64,000 nucleotides of DNA from the NCBI GenBank assembly GCA_944392565.1, contig CALXWX010000003.1:66964-130963 (forward strand), given 5' to 3'. A program made the position numbers and the translations under genes. Below are positions 20,788 through 30,878 of this stretch, in pieces (the stretch's first letter is position 1; every line of letters begins with the position of its first letter). The notes beneath the pieces were generated by a model. It did not search any database and was not told the DNA's origin. It saw nothing but the letters and a program-made list of their open reading frames with translations. This DNA comes from an uncultured Alphaproteobacteria bacterium (GTDB taxonomy: Bacteria > Pseudomonadota > Alphaproteobacteria > Rs-D84).

Positions 20788-21369
20788 ATGAAAAAATTAT
20801 CAATACTATCGGCATTAACAGGATTGGTATTTTGCGGTGCGGCATCTGCGGCAGATATAACAATGTACTATTCCCCAACATGTCCACATTGTCATCATGC
20901 GCGGGAATTTTTTGTTAACAAGATTGTATATGAATACCCAGATGTTCGCGTGGTCCAGGTTAATGTTATGGACCAAACCAATTTACCGATGTTCCAAAAA
21001 GTACTGGAAAAATGTAATTATGACAGCGGTGGCGTGCCGGTAATTGTTGTTGGTGATAAATGTTTCCAGGGATACGCCGAATTCATGGACCAGGAATTGC
21101 GTGATGCAGTCGAAGTTGATATGTCCGACAGTGATAAAAAACAGGCTGCTGAAAATAAAAAGGCATTAGAGGCGGATCCAGATGGATATCGTGCAAAACA
21201 TTCTGACCGTCAACAGGCGATTTCTGAATATAATGCCGCCGCGGCAGCAGCAGCTGAAACTGAAAAAAAAAATAACAATGGGTCATCAATCTATTTTTAC
21301 GCACTGTTAATTGTATTGGTTGCCGCATTGGGATTTGTCCTGATACGAAAAGATAAAAAGAAAAAATAA
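20788..21369 (+). CDS. Thioredoxin-fold thiol:disulfide oxidoreductase (glutaredoxin-like CPHC), secreted with a C-terminal membrane anchor
   Basis: ORF 20743..21369. The likely start is MKKLSILSAL after aaggag. Signal peptide, YYSPTCPHCHHA active site, C-terminal hydrophobic helix and K-rich tail. Confidence 0.5.
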   Translation: MKKLSILSALTGLVFCGAASAADITMYYSPTCPHCHHAREFFVNKIVYEYPDVRVVQVNVMDQTNLPMFQKVLEKCNYDSGGVPVIVVGDKCFQGYAEFMDQELRDAVEVDMSDSDKKQAAENKKALEADPDGYRAKHSDRQQAISEYNAAAAAAAETEKKNNNGSSIYFYALLIVLVAALGFVLIRKDKKKK

Positions 21370-21405
21370 ACAAAAAGTTTATCTATTTAATTATCAGGAT
21401 GCATC

Positions 21406-22218
21406 ATGTTTGATTTAACAACATTGGATTATATATATGTGGGCGTCATTTTGGCGTCCACCGTATGGGCCAGTATTCGCGGTGGTGTTTACGAAACAGT
21501 CGCAACATTATCATGGGTTGTTGCGGCATTTGCGGCACGATTTATTTCACCATGGTTGGATAAATTACTGCAAAGTTGGTTTGATTTATCCGAATCCACG
21601 GTTGGAACACTGGTCGCGTCATATTTCATTGTATTTTTTGTAATATTGTTGCTGGTTGGATTCTTGAACCAACGTCTGCGCGAAAAAATCCAAGACAGCA
21701 TGATGAAGGTTACGGACAGGACGCTGGGGGTAATATTTGGTATAATCCGTGGTATTGTAATTATGGGCATCGTTTACTGGATTTCATTGTGGTATTATTC
21801 TGATGCACCGGCGTTACCAAAATGGGTATCTGATGCGCGTACGCGCCCAATTATGCAATTAACCGCGGTTAAATTGGATGAATGGTTTTTCCCCGGCCCC
21901 GGCAGTAAATTACTGGCGCGGGATATGACCGGTACTCGTGAAACAATTGAAATTTATAAAAATTTAATTAATCCGGCGGTGTCTGATGATAAAACTGATA
22001 CCGATGCAACAGATGAAACAGGATATAAATCATCTGAACGAACCGCGCTGGAAAATCAATTATTGCAAATTGAAACCGCGGCGCGTGCCGCAGAACAACG
22101 GGCGTCAAGTGCCGACAGTGCGGATGCCATGCCATCTGATACGGACAGCGTGGATGATTCCGGCGAAACGGTTGATTCTGTTGGTGATATGATTGAAAAT
22201 CTGAATCTGGCAGAATAA
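21406..22218 (+). CDS. cvpA: CvpA-family membrane protein (colicin V production protein-like)
   Basis: N-terminus MFDLTTLDYIYVGVILASTVWASIRGG and four TM helices typical of CvpA. Acidic C-terminal tail. Confidence 0.5.
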   Translation: MFDLTTLDYIYVGVILASTVWASIRGGVYETVATLSWVVAAFAARFISPWLDKLLQSWFDLSESTVGTLVASYFIVFFVILLLVGFLNQRLREKIQDSMMKVTDRTLGVIFGIIRGIVIMGIVYWISLWYYSDAPALPKWVSDARTRPIMQLTAVKLDEWFFPGPGSKLLARDMTGTRETIEIYKNLINPAVSDDKTDTDATDETGYKSSERTALENQLLQIETAARAAEQRASSADSADAMPSDTDSVDDSGETVDSVGDMIENLNLAE

Positions 22219-22243
22219 AAATAACTTTTAATTGTACTTTTAA

Positions 22244-22271
22244 CACCCGCCCATTTGTGGCGGGTTTTTAT
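22244..22271. terminator. Rho-independent terminator
   Basis: cacccgcccatttgtggcgggttttta. Confidence 0.6.
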
Positions 22272-22324
22272 TCCTGGTGATTTTTTTATTTCATGCGTTC
22301 ACAATATTTGCATATGGGGGAAAT

Positions 22325-23065
22325 ATGAAAAAAACAATTATAACTTTTACAATATTATTATTTGCATTGCCATATGTCGCACATGCAAAAGATAACGCAG
22401 CGCGTGGTGTAAATCCTGCCGATAACCTGACCAAGATAGAACTGTTGCCACAATTGCGTGCATTTGGCGATTCTTCAATGACTTCATTAACATTAAAGTA
22501 TGATAAAGCCATCAGGAAAGTCTTTGGTATAAATGCAGAATTGCCGTTATTGCGATACAGTGGATATGGCGCATCCGACAATGGAATCGGCGATTTAACC
22601 GTTCGCGCCCGTGCGCAACATACATGGGGGCGGCATACTGTAATCGGTGCCGGGGAATTTATTTTACCAACCGCCACCGAAAATACATTGGGCGCCCAGC
22701 AATATACATTTGACCCGATACTGGGCTATGTTTATTCGTTTGGTCATAATATATTCGGTGCGCTGGTTGCGAAACAGTATATTTCATTGCATAACACAGA
22801 ACCCAGTTTTTCCCCAGATATAAATCAGGGACAATATCGAATGTTGCTGGGGTATGCATCGCAACGCGGCTGGTGGATGCTGGCAGACCCCCAGATTTGG
22901 ATAAACTTTGAAACCGGACATCAAGAAATCTTGGCTGAATTTGAACTGGGGACAATGCTGAATCAAACCACTGGGGTATGGGTGCGCGCGGGACATCGAT
23001 TGGGGGGTAATTGGCATCGTAATGATTGGACTGTATTAATGGGTATCCGATTTATGCGATTTTAA
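22325..23065 (+). CDS. Outer-membrane beta-barrel protein (MetA-pathway / transporter-like)
   Basis: ORF 22277..23065. The likely start is MKKTIITF after an SD. Signal peptide ...ALPYVAHA. C-terminal ...RFMRF. Confidence 0.35.
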   Translation: MKKTIITFTILLFALPYVAHAKDNAARGVNPADNLTKIELLPQLRAFGDSSMTSLTLKYDKAIRKVFGINAELPLLRYSGYGASDNGIGDLTVRARAQHTWGRHTVIGAGEFILPTATENTLGAQQYTFDPILGYVYSFGHNIFGALVAKQYISLHNTEPSFSPDINQGQYRMLLGYASQRGWWMLADPQIWINFETGHQEILAEFELGTMLNQTTGVWVRAGHRLGGNWHRNDWTVLMGIRFMRF

Positions 23066-23140
23066 TTTTGTCGGGATTCGTTCCTGATGATTTTGTATGC
23101 AAAATCCGTCAAAATAAGATTATATCAAAAGGAGAGATAA

Positions 23141-23698
23141 ATGTTTTTAAAATCAAAAATTGGATTAACAATATTTGCCCTATATGAAATTATTGCAATA
23201 ATGTTGCTGCATTGTTCGCGTACATGCGATGCAATGTTTGGAACAATGTTTTGCGATGATCATGTGTTTAAATACTTTGTTGTATGTGTTGCATTTCCAT
23301 TAATAGTATTTTTAATCGTTATGTGGATTATGGAAATAATAAAAAAAATTCGCCGCCGTCATTCATTATTGTACAAGGCAAAACATGTCGTATCTGATAT
23401 GGCGTCTAATTTAAAAGACCGTGTATCTGAAAATGTTTCCGTGCGCGATGTCGAAAAAATGATAACAGCGGCATTATTGCTGGGGATAAAGAAATATGCA
23501 GATAAAAATCCGCGTGCGCGTGGCATAATAAATGAAATCATGGGTAAAAATTATGCCGACTTTACGGATACAGAATACGCTGAATACGCCGAATATGATG
23601 ACACAGATGACGACGATGATGAATATGATGATAATAAAAATATGCGTAATAACAAATCGCGCAAATCCCAGTCTAAAAATAATAAAAAGAAAAAATAA
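23141..23698 (+). CDS. Small membrane protein with an acidic EYAEYAEYDDTDDDDDEYDD tail
   Basis: Two N-terminal TM helices, then a low-complexity acidic stretch and a K-rich C-terminus. Confidence 0.3.
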   Translation: MFLKSKIGLTIFALYEIIAIMLLHCSRTCDAMFGTMFCDDHVFKYFVVCVAFPLIVFLIVMWIMEIIKKIRRRHSLLYKAKHVVSDMASNLKDRVSENVSVRDVEKMITAALLLGIKKYADKNPRARGIINEIMGKNYADFTDTEYAEYAEYDDTDDDDDEYDDNKNMRNNKSRKSQSKNNKKKK

Positions 23699-23726
23699 CA
23701 AAAACGCCCCATTTGGGGCGTTTTCA
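23699..23726. terminator. Rho-independent terminator
   Basis: aaaaacgccccatttggggcgttttc. Confidence 0.65.
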
Positions 23727-23812
23727 GTTTTTCTGGGCATCCGTGATACGACCATTTAATTTTGTCATATACATAATAAACAAACGCCACCATCATGGCG
23801 GCGTATTTATCC

Positions 23813-23888
23813 TGGTGCCAGTTGTCGGATTTGAACCAACGACCTACTGATTACAAATCAGCCGCTCTACCAACTGAGCTAAACTGGC
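23813..23888 (-). tRNA. tRNA-Thr (anticodon UGU)
   Basis: Reverse complement reads GCCAGTTTAGCTCAGTTGGTAGAGCGGCTGATTTGTAATCAGTAGGTCGTTGGTTCAAATCCGACAACTGGCACCA. The 7-bp acceptor stem is GCCAGTT/AACTGGC. The anticodon loop is TTTGTAA. GTTCAAATCC T-loop. Encoded CCA. Confidence 0.85.
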
Positions 23889-23981
23889 AACATGCCATAC
23901 TATATCGTGTCGCTATATAAATTTCAAGTTAAAAATTCATAATTTGCTTGCATTATTCAAATAACAGTAAAAAATATAATC

Positions 23982-25229
23982 ATGATGATTAAATTACCTG
24001 AATTATTGGCGCCGGCGGGTACGCTGGATGCTTTTAAAACCGCCATTTTATATGGTGCAGATGCTATTTATGCTGGTTTGCCGGGTTTTTCAATGCGGGC
24101 GCGCGCAAAAATCACAACCGATGAAGTCAAGGCTGGTATTGAACTGGCGCATGCCGCGGGGCGTAAAGTATACCTGGAATTTAATTTATTCGCACATGAA
24201 CGCGACTTTGTAAATATGCCGCGGGTCAGTGAAATTATTAATTATTTAACCCCAGATGCGCTGATTGTTGCCGACCCCGGGGTTATGATGTGGGTGCGTG
24301 AACATCACCCAGAAATCCCGATACATATATCGACCCAGGCAAACATTTGTTCTGCTGAATCAGTTAAGTTCTGGCAGGCTGCTGGTGCCCGTCTGTGTGT
24401 GCTTGCACGCGAAGTTTCACACGATGAATTTAAAATAATTCGTGAAAAATGCCCAGATGTTGGACTGGAAATATTTATTCATGGTGCAATGTGTATGTCT
24501 TATTCTGGACGCTGTCTGTTATCTAATTTTATAACCGGTCGCCCGGCGAATCGTGGCGCATGCGCACAACTATGTCGATGGAAATACGATGTTATATTGC
24601 GTGAATGTGAATCAGGCATTGAAATGCCAATTGATGAAGATTCGCGTGGCGCATATATTATGAATTCGCGCGATTTATGTCTGATGCCGCGCCTGCGCGA
24701 TGTTTTAGAATCACATCCAGATTCATTGAAAATAGAAGGGCGCAACCGCAGTGAATATTATGTTGGTTCGGTGGTCCATGCGTATCGATGTGCAATGGAT
24801 GCGTATGCGCGCGATCCTGAAAAGTTTAATCCTGCGCCGTTTATGAATATGCTGAATCGGATGGAGTCGCGCGGATATACCACGGCATTTTTTGATGGGA
24901 ATCTGGGACCAGATGCCCATAATTATGAAACCACGCGCAGTACATCCGCATGGCACGCGGCGGGTGTTATAACCGCGGTGGACGACGAAAAAATAACCCT
25001 GGAATTACGTAATGAAATAAAGCAGGGTGATGAAATAACATTCATATTGCCAAACATTGCCACGGACATAACAGTGCAATTACCCCAGATTATAAATGCC
25101 CAGAATGGTGAATCTGTGCCAAAGATGTCGGCGGGGCAACGCAACAGTTTAATTATACCGCGTCAATGGATAAACAGCGCAGATTACCAGAAATTTGTTC
25201 CATATGTACTGGCGACCAAGAAAAAATAA
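23982..25229 (+). CDS. Peptidase U32 family protein (collagenase-like; RlhA/YegQ-type)
   Basis: N-terminus LPELLAPAGTLDAFKTAILYGADAIYAG and a Cys-rich central region characteristic of U32. Confidence 0.7.
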   Translation: MMIKLPELLAPAGTLDAFKTAILYGADAIYAGLPGFSMRARAKITTDEVKAGIELAHAAGRKVYLEFNLFAHERDFVNMPRVSEIINYLTPDALIVADPGVMMWVREHHPEIPIHISTQANICSAESVKFWQAAGARLCVLAREVSHDEFKIIREKCPDVGLEIFIHGAMCMSYSGRCLLSNFITGRPANRGACAQLCRWKYDVILRECESGIEMPIDEDSRGAYIMNSRDLCLMPRLRDVLESHPDSLKIEGRNRSEYYVGSVVHAYRCAMDAYARDPEKFNPAPFMNMLNRMESRGYTTAFFDGNLGPDAHNYETTRSTSAWHAAGVITAVDDEKITLELRNEIKQGDEITFILPNIATDITVQLPQIINAQNGESVPKMSAGQRNSLIIPRQWINSADYQKFVPYVLATKKK

Positions 25230-25249
25230 TCCCCCAAACGGGGAAATTT

Positions 25250-26251
25250 TTATTTGATTAATTTGCCCATTGCAACCGCGGTATCCCCCATACGATTAGA
25301 GAATCCCCATTCGTTGTCATACCATGCTGTTACATGAACCAGTTTATCGCCCAAAACCTTGGTCTGGGATGCATCAAATATTGAACTGTGTGCATCACCT
25401 TTGAAATCAACGGATACCAATGGTTTATCGTTGTATCCAAATGTTTTGGATTCTGCCGCGCGCATTGCTGCATTAACTTCATCAACGGTTGCATTTTTCG
25501 CCAGATTCACAACCAATTCAACAACAGATACATCTGGGGTCGGAACACGAATTGCCATTCCATCCAATTTTCCTGCCAGTTTTGGCAATACCAGCCCGAT
25601 TGCCTTGGCGGCACCGGTGCTGGTCGGAATCATGGACAGCGCGGCTGCGCGTGCGCGACGAAAATCTTTGTGATTTTTATCCAACAATTGTTGGTCGCCC
25701 GTGTACGCATGTACCGTTGTCATCCATCCAGATTCAATTCCAAATGTATCATCCAGTACCTTTGCCACCGGTGCCAGACAGTTTGTTGTACATGATGCAT
25801 TTGATACAATTAAATCATCGGATGTTAATGTATCTTGATTCACGCCGAACACAATTGTTTTATCTGCGCCCGCCGATGGTGCCGAAACCAATACGCGTTT
25901 TGCCCCGCATTCCAAATGAACGCGTGCTTTATCCGCTGCGGTAAAGATACCAGTGCATTCCATAACAACATCAATATCCATTTCGCGCCATGGCAGTTTT
26001 GTTGGGTCTTTTTCCGCAATGCATTTAATTTTTTGATTGCCAACAATGATATATTCACCATCCAGTTTTACATCCATTGGCAATTTACCATGTACAGAAT
26101 CATACTGTAATAAATATGCATTTTGTTCCGCCGGCGCCAGGTCATTTACTGCAACAAATTCAATATCATCGCGACCAGATACCAATGCCGCGCGCAAGAC
26201 CAAGCGACCAATACGACCAAATCCGTTTATAGCAACTCTTACTTTTGACAT
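25250..26251 (-). CDS. gap: Glyceraldehyde-3-phosphate dehydrogenase
   Basis: INGFGRIGR N-terminus, ASCTTNCLAP active site, WYDNEWG motif. Confidence 0.9.
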   Translation of the reverse strand: MSKVRVAINGFGRIGRLVLRAALVSGRDDIEFVAVNDLAPAEQNAYLLQYDSVHGKLPMDVKLDGEYIIVGNQKIKCIAEKDPTKLPWREMDIDVVMECTGIFTAADKARVHLECGAKRVLVSAPSAGADKTIVFGVNQDTLTSDDLIVSNASCTTNCLAPVAKVLDDTFGIESGWMTTVHAYTGDQQLLDKNHKDFRRARAAALSMIPTSTGAAKAIGLVLPKLAGKLDGMAIRVPTPDVSVVELVVNLAKNATVDEVNAAMRAAESKTFGYNDKPLVSVDFKGDAHSSIFDASQTKVLGDKLVHVTAWYDNEWGFSNRMGDTAVAMGKLIK

Positions 26252-26368
26252 TTTTGTTTCCTTTCTTTTTTCTTTATTGGACGGGTGTATTTTAGCACCA
26301 TGGGAAAATTGTGCAATCTGAAAATTTAATTATTGTTATCTGTTTGAATTCAGATATAATTCCCGCAA

Positions 26369-27232
26369 ATGGACATGCATGAATCATATATTATTACTGG
26401 ACCGACGGCATCGGGTAAATCTGAATTTGCCCATCGGTTGGCACGCGAAATTGGCGGTGCAATCATAAATTGCGACAGTGTTCAAATATACCGCGGCATT
26501 GAAAATATATCTGCCAGTCCATTTGCCGGGCGCGATTTAAGCGATTGTATTGATGGGGTGCCATACCGGTTGTTTTCTGTATTAGATTTGTCAACACAAA
26601 TCAGTGTTGCGGATTATCTGACCATGGCGCGCCGTGAATATGATGCGGCGCGCGCATTGGGAAAAATACCGATTTTTGTTGGTGGTACGGGATATTATAT
26701 AAATGCGATATTAAATGGTATATCGCCAATGCCCGATGTTTCGCCTGATGCCCGATGCCGTGCGCGCGAAATGGTTGTATCTGATATTGGCGCGGCACGA
26801 AAATTATTACCGCCTGAATTTACCGCCACAGACCCCCAGCGTATTTCCCGCGCATTAGAAGTATTTTTATCAACAGGTCGTCATTTAACCGATTTTCAAT
26901 CTGCACCGCGTACCGGCGCAATTACACCAACGCCATATAAAATTTTAATTAATCCGCCGGTGGAAATTGTTCGTGCGCGAATATCCGCGCGCATACCAAA
27001 GATGATTCATGGCGGCGCATTGGACGAAGCACGCGCGATAATCACCAACGGATGGAATGAAAATCGTGCAATTGGTGCAACCCAGCTGTGTGCATACCTG
27101 CGCGGTGAAATATCAATGGACGAATGTGTACAAAATTGGATAACAAAAACCAACCAATATGCAAAAAGACAGCGAACATGGTTTCGTACCCAGTTCGCTG
27201 CTGATATCGAATTATCAAATATCCCTGTTTAA
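26369..27232 (+). CDS. miaA: tRNA dimethylallyltransferase
   Basis: P-loop GPTASGKS, DSVQIYRG, overall MiaA architecture. Confidence 0.85.
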   Translation: MDMHESYIITGPTASGKSEFAHRLAREIGGAIINCDSVQIYRGIENISASPFAGRDLSDCIDGVPYRLFSVLDLSTQISVADYLTMARREYDAARALGKIPIFVGGTGYYINAILNGISPMPDVSPDARCRAREMVVSDIGAARKLLPPEFTATDPQRISRALEVFLSTGRHLTDFQSAPRTGAITPTPYKILINPPVEIVRARISARIPKMIHGGALDEARAIITNGWNENRAIGATQLCAYLRGEISMDECVQNWITKTNQYAKRQRTWFRTQFAADIELSNIPV

Positions 27233-27777
27233 CGACGCTTAATAATGACCGTTTCGATAATATGAATATGCACGCGTTGATTGTCTGTGAATTTGCGCGC
27301 AGCATCATCAATATTTTTTTGTTTGTTTCTGGATTGGCGTTTATAAGTTTTTTGTCGTTGCTCGCGTTTGCGGCGTGCGATTGATTGTTGGGTCAGCAAG
27401 TTTTGTATATATGCCGATTGATTATACAGGGCATCAAATAACAACATTTTTGCCTTTTTCCGTGTATGAACATTTGGATTTTTCATTGTATATGCCGACA
27501 GATAATCTGCAATTTCTTTGATTAATGCCTGTAAAAATTGTGGATTCGTTGAATTAGAATCGCGCCCATCCAGTGTTCTGATAAATATTTTTGTTTTAAA
27601 AATTAAAAAATCTTCAACTGTTTTTGAATATGGAAATAAATTGCGCCATGTATTTAGTATTTCATTTGGGTTTGCATACGATGGACCATATTCTTCCAGT
27701 ACCAGTTTTGTTATATATTTTACATATTGTGAAAAAGTACGCTGTGCGGCGGTTTGTTGTTGCCAATTTTTATTCAT
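27229..27777 (-). CDS. Hypothetical protein with a basic C-terminal tail
   Basis: 182-aa ORF convergent with miaA and overlapping it by 4 nt. No recognisable domain. Confidence 0.3.
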   Translation of the reverse strand: MNKNWQQQTAAQRTFSQYVKYITKLVLEEYGPSYANPNEILNTWRNLFPYSKTVEDFLIFKTKIFIRTLDGRDSNSTNPQFLQALIKEIADYLSAYTMKNPNVHTRKKAKMLLFDALYNQSAYIQNLLTQQSIARRKREQRQKTYKRQSRNKQKNIDDAARKFTDNQRVHIHIIETVIIKRR

Positions 27778-27840
27778 GATTTGTATCCTTGGTCAGATTA
27801 ACATACATGCATAATACACAAAATATATGTTTTGTCAATT

Positions 27841-28692
27841 TTATTTATTCGCATTACCTGCTATGGATTTATATTGTGCCATGACCGCGATTTGAAACCC
27901 AGAATTTTGCATTTTTTTTGAAAATGCGACAGTATTTCTGAATTCTGTATCCAGTGTTCCCCACCCAGAATATTCCCAATCAATCAGTCCAACAATTTGC
28001 ATAGTTTTTTTATTAACGATTATATTATTGCATATATCATTATGGTTCCATCCGTCACCATCACCATCGCCGCGTAAATCATCAATTTCATGTGGGCGGG
28101 CATTATGTACCGCATATATAAATTCTGCAATCTGTTTACCCCAATGCCATGCATTTTCAGTAATAACCCTTTCTGGGAACGCATTTAAATTATGCCCGGG
28201 GATAAAGTCATATTTATAGAAAGTATATCCGCCGGCTTTTACAATTTCAATTTTTGGTATCCGCAGTGGTGAAATATTTGCAAATGCATCGGTTATACGC
28301 TTTTCCCGCATAATTTTTTCGATTGGAATTGATTTATCAAAAAATTTTCTGATTTTAAAAACATATTTTTTATCAACAATAAATCCGATATTCCAACCGC
28401 CTTTTATCATTTTTGTATGGCGAAAGTTTAATTCTGGATATTTTTTTCGCAGTGCATTATATTTTTGTCGCCAATCAAACAGTTTGTTTTTACGAATTTT
28501 TTTTCGCAAATTTCGGTTTGGTATTAATCCACACAATAAATCGCATATTTCAAAAAATTGTTTCCACAGCATATTTGTGCCTTTATAAAAATACTTAATA
28601 AATGGTATTGAAAAAATAGAAAAAAGCAAGTACCTTGTAATCATGTTTAATGCGGGGGATATTGTAAAAGTTTTAATACCAAATGTTGCCAA
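27841..28692 (-). CDS. Protein-kinase-like phosphotransferase (APH/choline-kinase family)
   Basis: Brenner/APH motif HNDICNNIIVN...GLIDWEYSGWG. The true start may be internal (MLWKQFF, at about 28572), which would remove the apparent overlap with divergent priA. Confidence 0.45.
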   Translation of the reverse strand: MATFGIKTFTISPALNMITRYLLFSIFSIPFIKYFYKGTNMLWKQFFEICDLLCGLIPNRNLRKKIRKNKLFDWRQKYNALRKKYPELNFRHTKMIKGGWNIGFIVDKKYVFKIRKFFDKSIPIEKIMREKRITDAFANISPLRIPKIEIVKAGGYTFYKYDFIPGHNLNAFPERVITENAWHWGKQIAEFIYAVHNARPHEIDDLRGDGDGDGWNHNDICNNIIVNKKTMQIVGLIDWEYSGWGTLDTEFRNTVAFSKKMQNSGFQIAVMAQYKSIAGNANK

Positions 28693-30850
28693 TGCGGGAT
28701 ATGATTATCGTTTAACCGCGCCGGCAGATTTGGGTACATTCGTGCGTGTAAATGTTATGCGTCGACCATATATTGGCGTGGTATATGGCATTGGCGACAG
28801 TGGTTTGGCGCCGGAAAAAATTCGTGATACAACAGATGTTTTTCCATGGCATTTATCCGTGTCTGATTTGCAATGGATTCAGAAAATGTCAGATTGGACA
28901 TTAATGACGCCGGGTGCTGTTTTACGGTTAATTGTAAATGTCCCTGATGCATTTTCGCCGCCGCGTACAGAACAATTATATGGATACGATTTTGAATCAA
29001 ATGTTCGTATGACTGATGCCCGTCAATCGGTTGCCGATGCATTTGCATCAAATGATAATGAACCAATGTCTGCATCCGATATTCAAAATATTGCACATGT
29101 CAGTGCGGCGGTTGTAAAAACAATGATTAATCGTGGTGTTTTAATTCCGCGTGATACCCGCACACGCGATGCAAATGATTTCGATTATAAATATCAAGAC
29201 ATGGGAACTGTTCAATTAAATACGGAACAATCCGCCGCCGCCGCCGAAATTGCCGCCGCAATAGACAATGGTGGCTATTCCGCATTTGTACTGGACGGCA
29301 TCACCGGCAGTGGCAAGACCCAGGTCTATTTTGATGCGGCATGGCGCGCATACAGTCATGGTAAATCAGTATTGTTAATGATGCCTGAAATCGCCCTGAC
29401 TGCGCAATTTATATCACGATACGAACATCGTTTTGGGGCGCCCCCGGTTGTCTGGCACAGTAATTTAACCGCCGCGCGTCGCCGCGCAATTTGGCGGGGC
29501 GTTTTGACCGGAAAAATCAGAATGGTTGTTGGCACGCGCAGTGCGCTGTTTCTGCCATGGCAAGATTTGGGATTAATTGTTGTTGATGAAGAACATGATA
29601 CATCGTATAAACAAGAAGATATGGGAAACTATCATGCGCGTGATATGGCGGTACTGCGTGCAAAAATTTCCGGTTTCCCGATTGTCTTGACCAGTGCGAC
29701 CCCGTCGGCTGAAACATTGCAAAATGTTGCCGATGGCAAGTATCGCTGTTTGAAATTAACCGCGCGTTTTGGCGGGGCAACGGTGCCAACAATTGAAACG
29801 ATTGATATGCGTGCCAATCGCCCATTGCCATATAATTTACCGTCTGATGATGACGCCGCCGCCCCACAAAATGGATATTTGTCGCCAAATTTGTGTAATG
29901 CAATCCAAGAAACATTGAATGCGGGGCGCCAAACAATGCTGTTTATAAATCGGCGTGGATTTGCCCCAATTGTCCAGTGTAAAAAATGTGGCTGGGTTGC
30001 CCAGTGTCCGGATTGCAGTGTTGGCATGACATACCATAAACATATGGGGAAATTATTATGCCATATGTGTGGGCGTATGGCACCAATGCCAACCAAGTGT
30101 CCAAATTGTGGGGATAATGTTTCATGCCGTGGGGCAGGGCTGGAAAAAATCCAAGAAGAAGTTTCAATAAAATTCCCATCTGCGCGCACGGCACTGGTAT
30201 CCAGCGACACAATAATATCGCGCCAGGCGCTGGAACGCATTGTTCATAAAATGGAAAACGGCGAAACAGATATTGTAATTGGTACCCAGATTTTAGCCAA
30301 GGGTCACCATTTCCCAAACTTAACCCTGGTGGGTGTTGTGGACGCGGACATGGGGTTGTTTGGTACTGATTTTCGTGCCGCCGAACATACATTTCAACAA
30401 TTATTCCAGGTTGCCGGTCGTGCCGGTCGTGGTGATGCACCGGGACGGGTTTTGTTACAAACATATCAGCCAGAAAATCCGGTTTTAACCGCAATATGTA
30501 ATGGGGATCGGGATGCATTTATGGCGTCTGACATGGCGGCGCGGCGCGCGGCAAAGATGCCACCATATGGTCAATTAATTGCGGTTATTATTGAATCACA
30601 GCGTGAAACAGTATTAAAGAAATTCTGTGCTGATTTATCTGCCGCGGCACCAACCGCCGCAGGCGTAAAAATAATGGGACCAATCGCCGCCCAAATTTAC
30701 CAGGTTCGCAACTGGTACCGCATGCGTTTTCTGGTCGCCGGCGACGCCCGCGCAATGTTGCAGCCATTGGTACGGCACTGGATTGATAAAGTTCGCACCC
30801 CATCAAATGTTCGGGTAAAATTGGATGTAAATCCGCAAAACTTTATGTAA
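28643..30850 (+). CDS. priA: Primosomal protein N' (replication restart helicase PriA)
   Basis: Walker A DGITGSGKT, DEEH, Cys4 zinc region (CKKCGWVAQCPDC...CHMCG...CPNCG), helicase C-terminal motifs. Confidence 0.9.
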   Translation: MFNAGDIVKVLIPNVANAGYDYRLTAPADLGTFVRVNVMRRPYIGVVYGIGDSGLAPEKIRDTTDVFPWHLSVSDLQWIQKMSDWTLMTPGAVLRLIVNVPDAFSPPRTEQLYGYDFESNVRMTDARQSVADAFASNDNEPMSASDIQNIAHVSAAVVKTMINRGVLIPRDTRTRDANDFDYKYQDMGTVQLNTEQSAAAAEIAAAIDNGGYSAFVLDGITGSGKTQVYFDAAWRAYSHGKSVLLMMPEIALTAQFISRYEHRFGAPPVVWHSNLTAARRRAIWRGVLTGKIRMVVGTRSALFLPWQDLGLIVVDEEHDTSYKQEDMGNYHARDMAVLRAKISGFPIVLTSATPSAETLQNVADGKYRCLKLTARFGGATVPTIETIDMRANRPLPYNLPSDDDAAAPQNGYLSPNLCNAIQETLNAGRQTMLFINRRGFAPIVQCKKCGWVAQCPDCSVGMTYHKHMGKLLCHMCGRMAPMPTKCPNCGDNVSCRGAGLEKIQEEVSIKFPSARTALVSSDTIISRQALERIVHKMENGETDIVIGTQILAKGHHFPNLTLVGVVDADMGLFGTDFRAAEHTFQQLFQVAGRAGRGDAPGRVLLQTYQPENPVLTAICNGDRDAFMASDMAARRAAKMPPYGQLIAVIIESQRETVLKKFCADLSAAAPTAAGVKIMGPIAAQIYQVRNWYRMRFLVAGDARAMLQPLVRHWIDKVRTPSNVRVKLDVNPQNFM

Positions 30851-30878
30851 AAAATCCCGCGTAATGCGGGATTTTTTT
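30850..30878. terminator. Bidirectional rho-independent terminator
   Basis: aaaaaatcccgcgtaatgcgggattttttt between convergent priA and glyRS. Confidence 0.7.

Noticed and set aside
23560-23640. Apparent short tandem repeats (gaatacgct gaatacgcc gaatatgat...gacgacgatgatgaatatgatgat)
   Set aside because: They lie within the coding region of the small membrane protein 23141..23698 and encode its acidic EYAEYAEYDDTDDDDDEYDD tail. This is not a CRISPR or intergenic repeat array.
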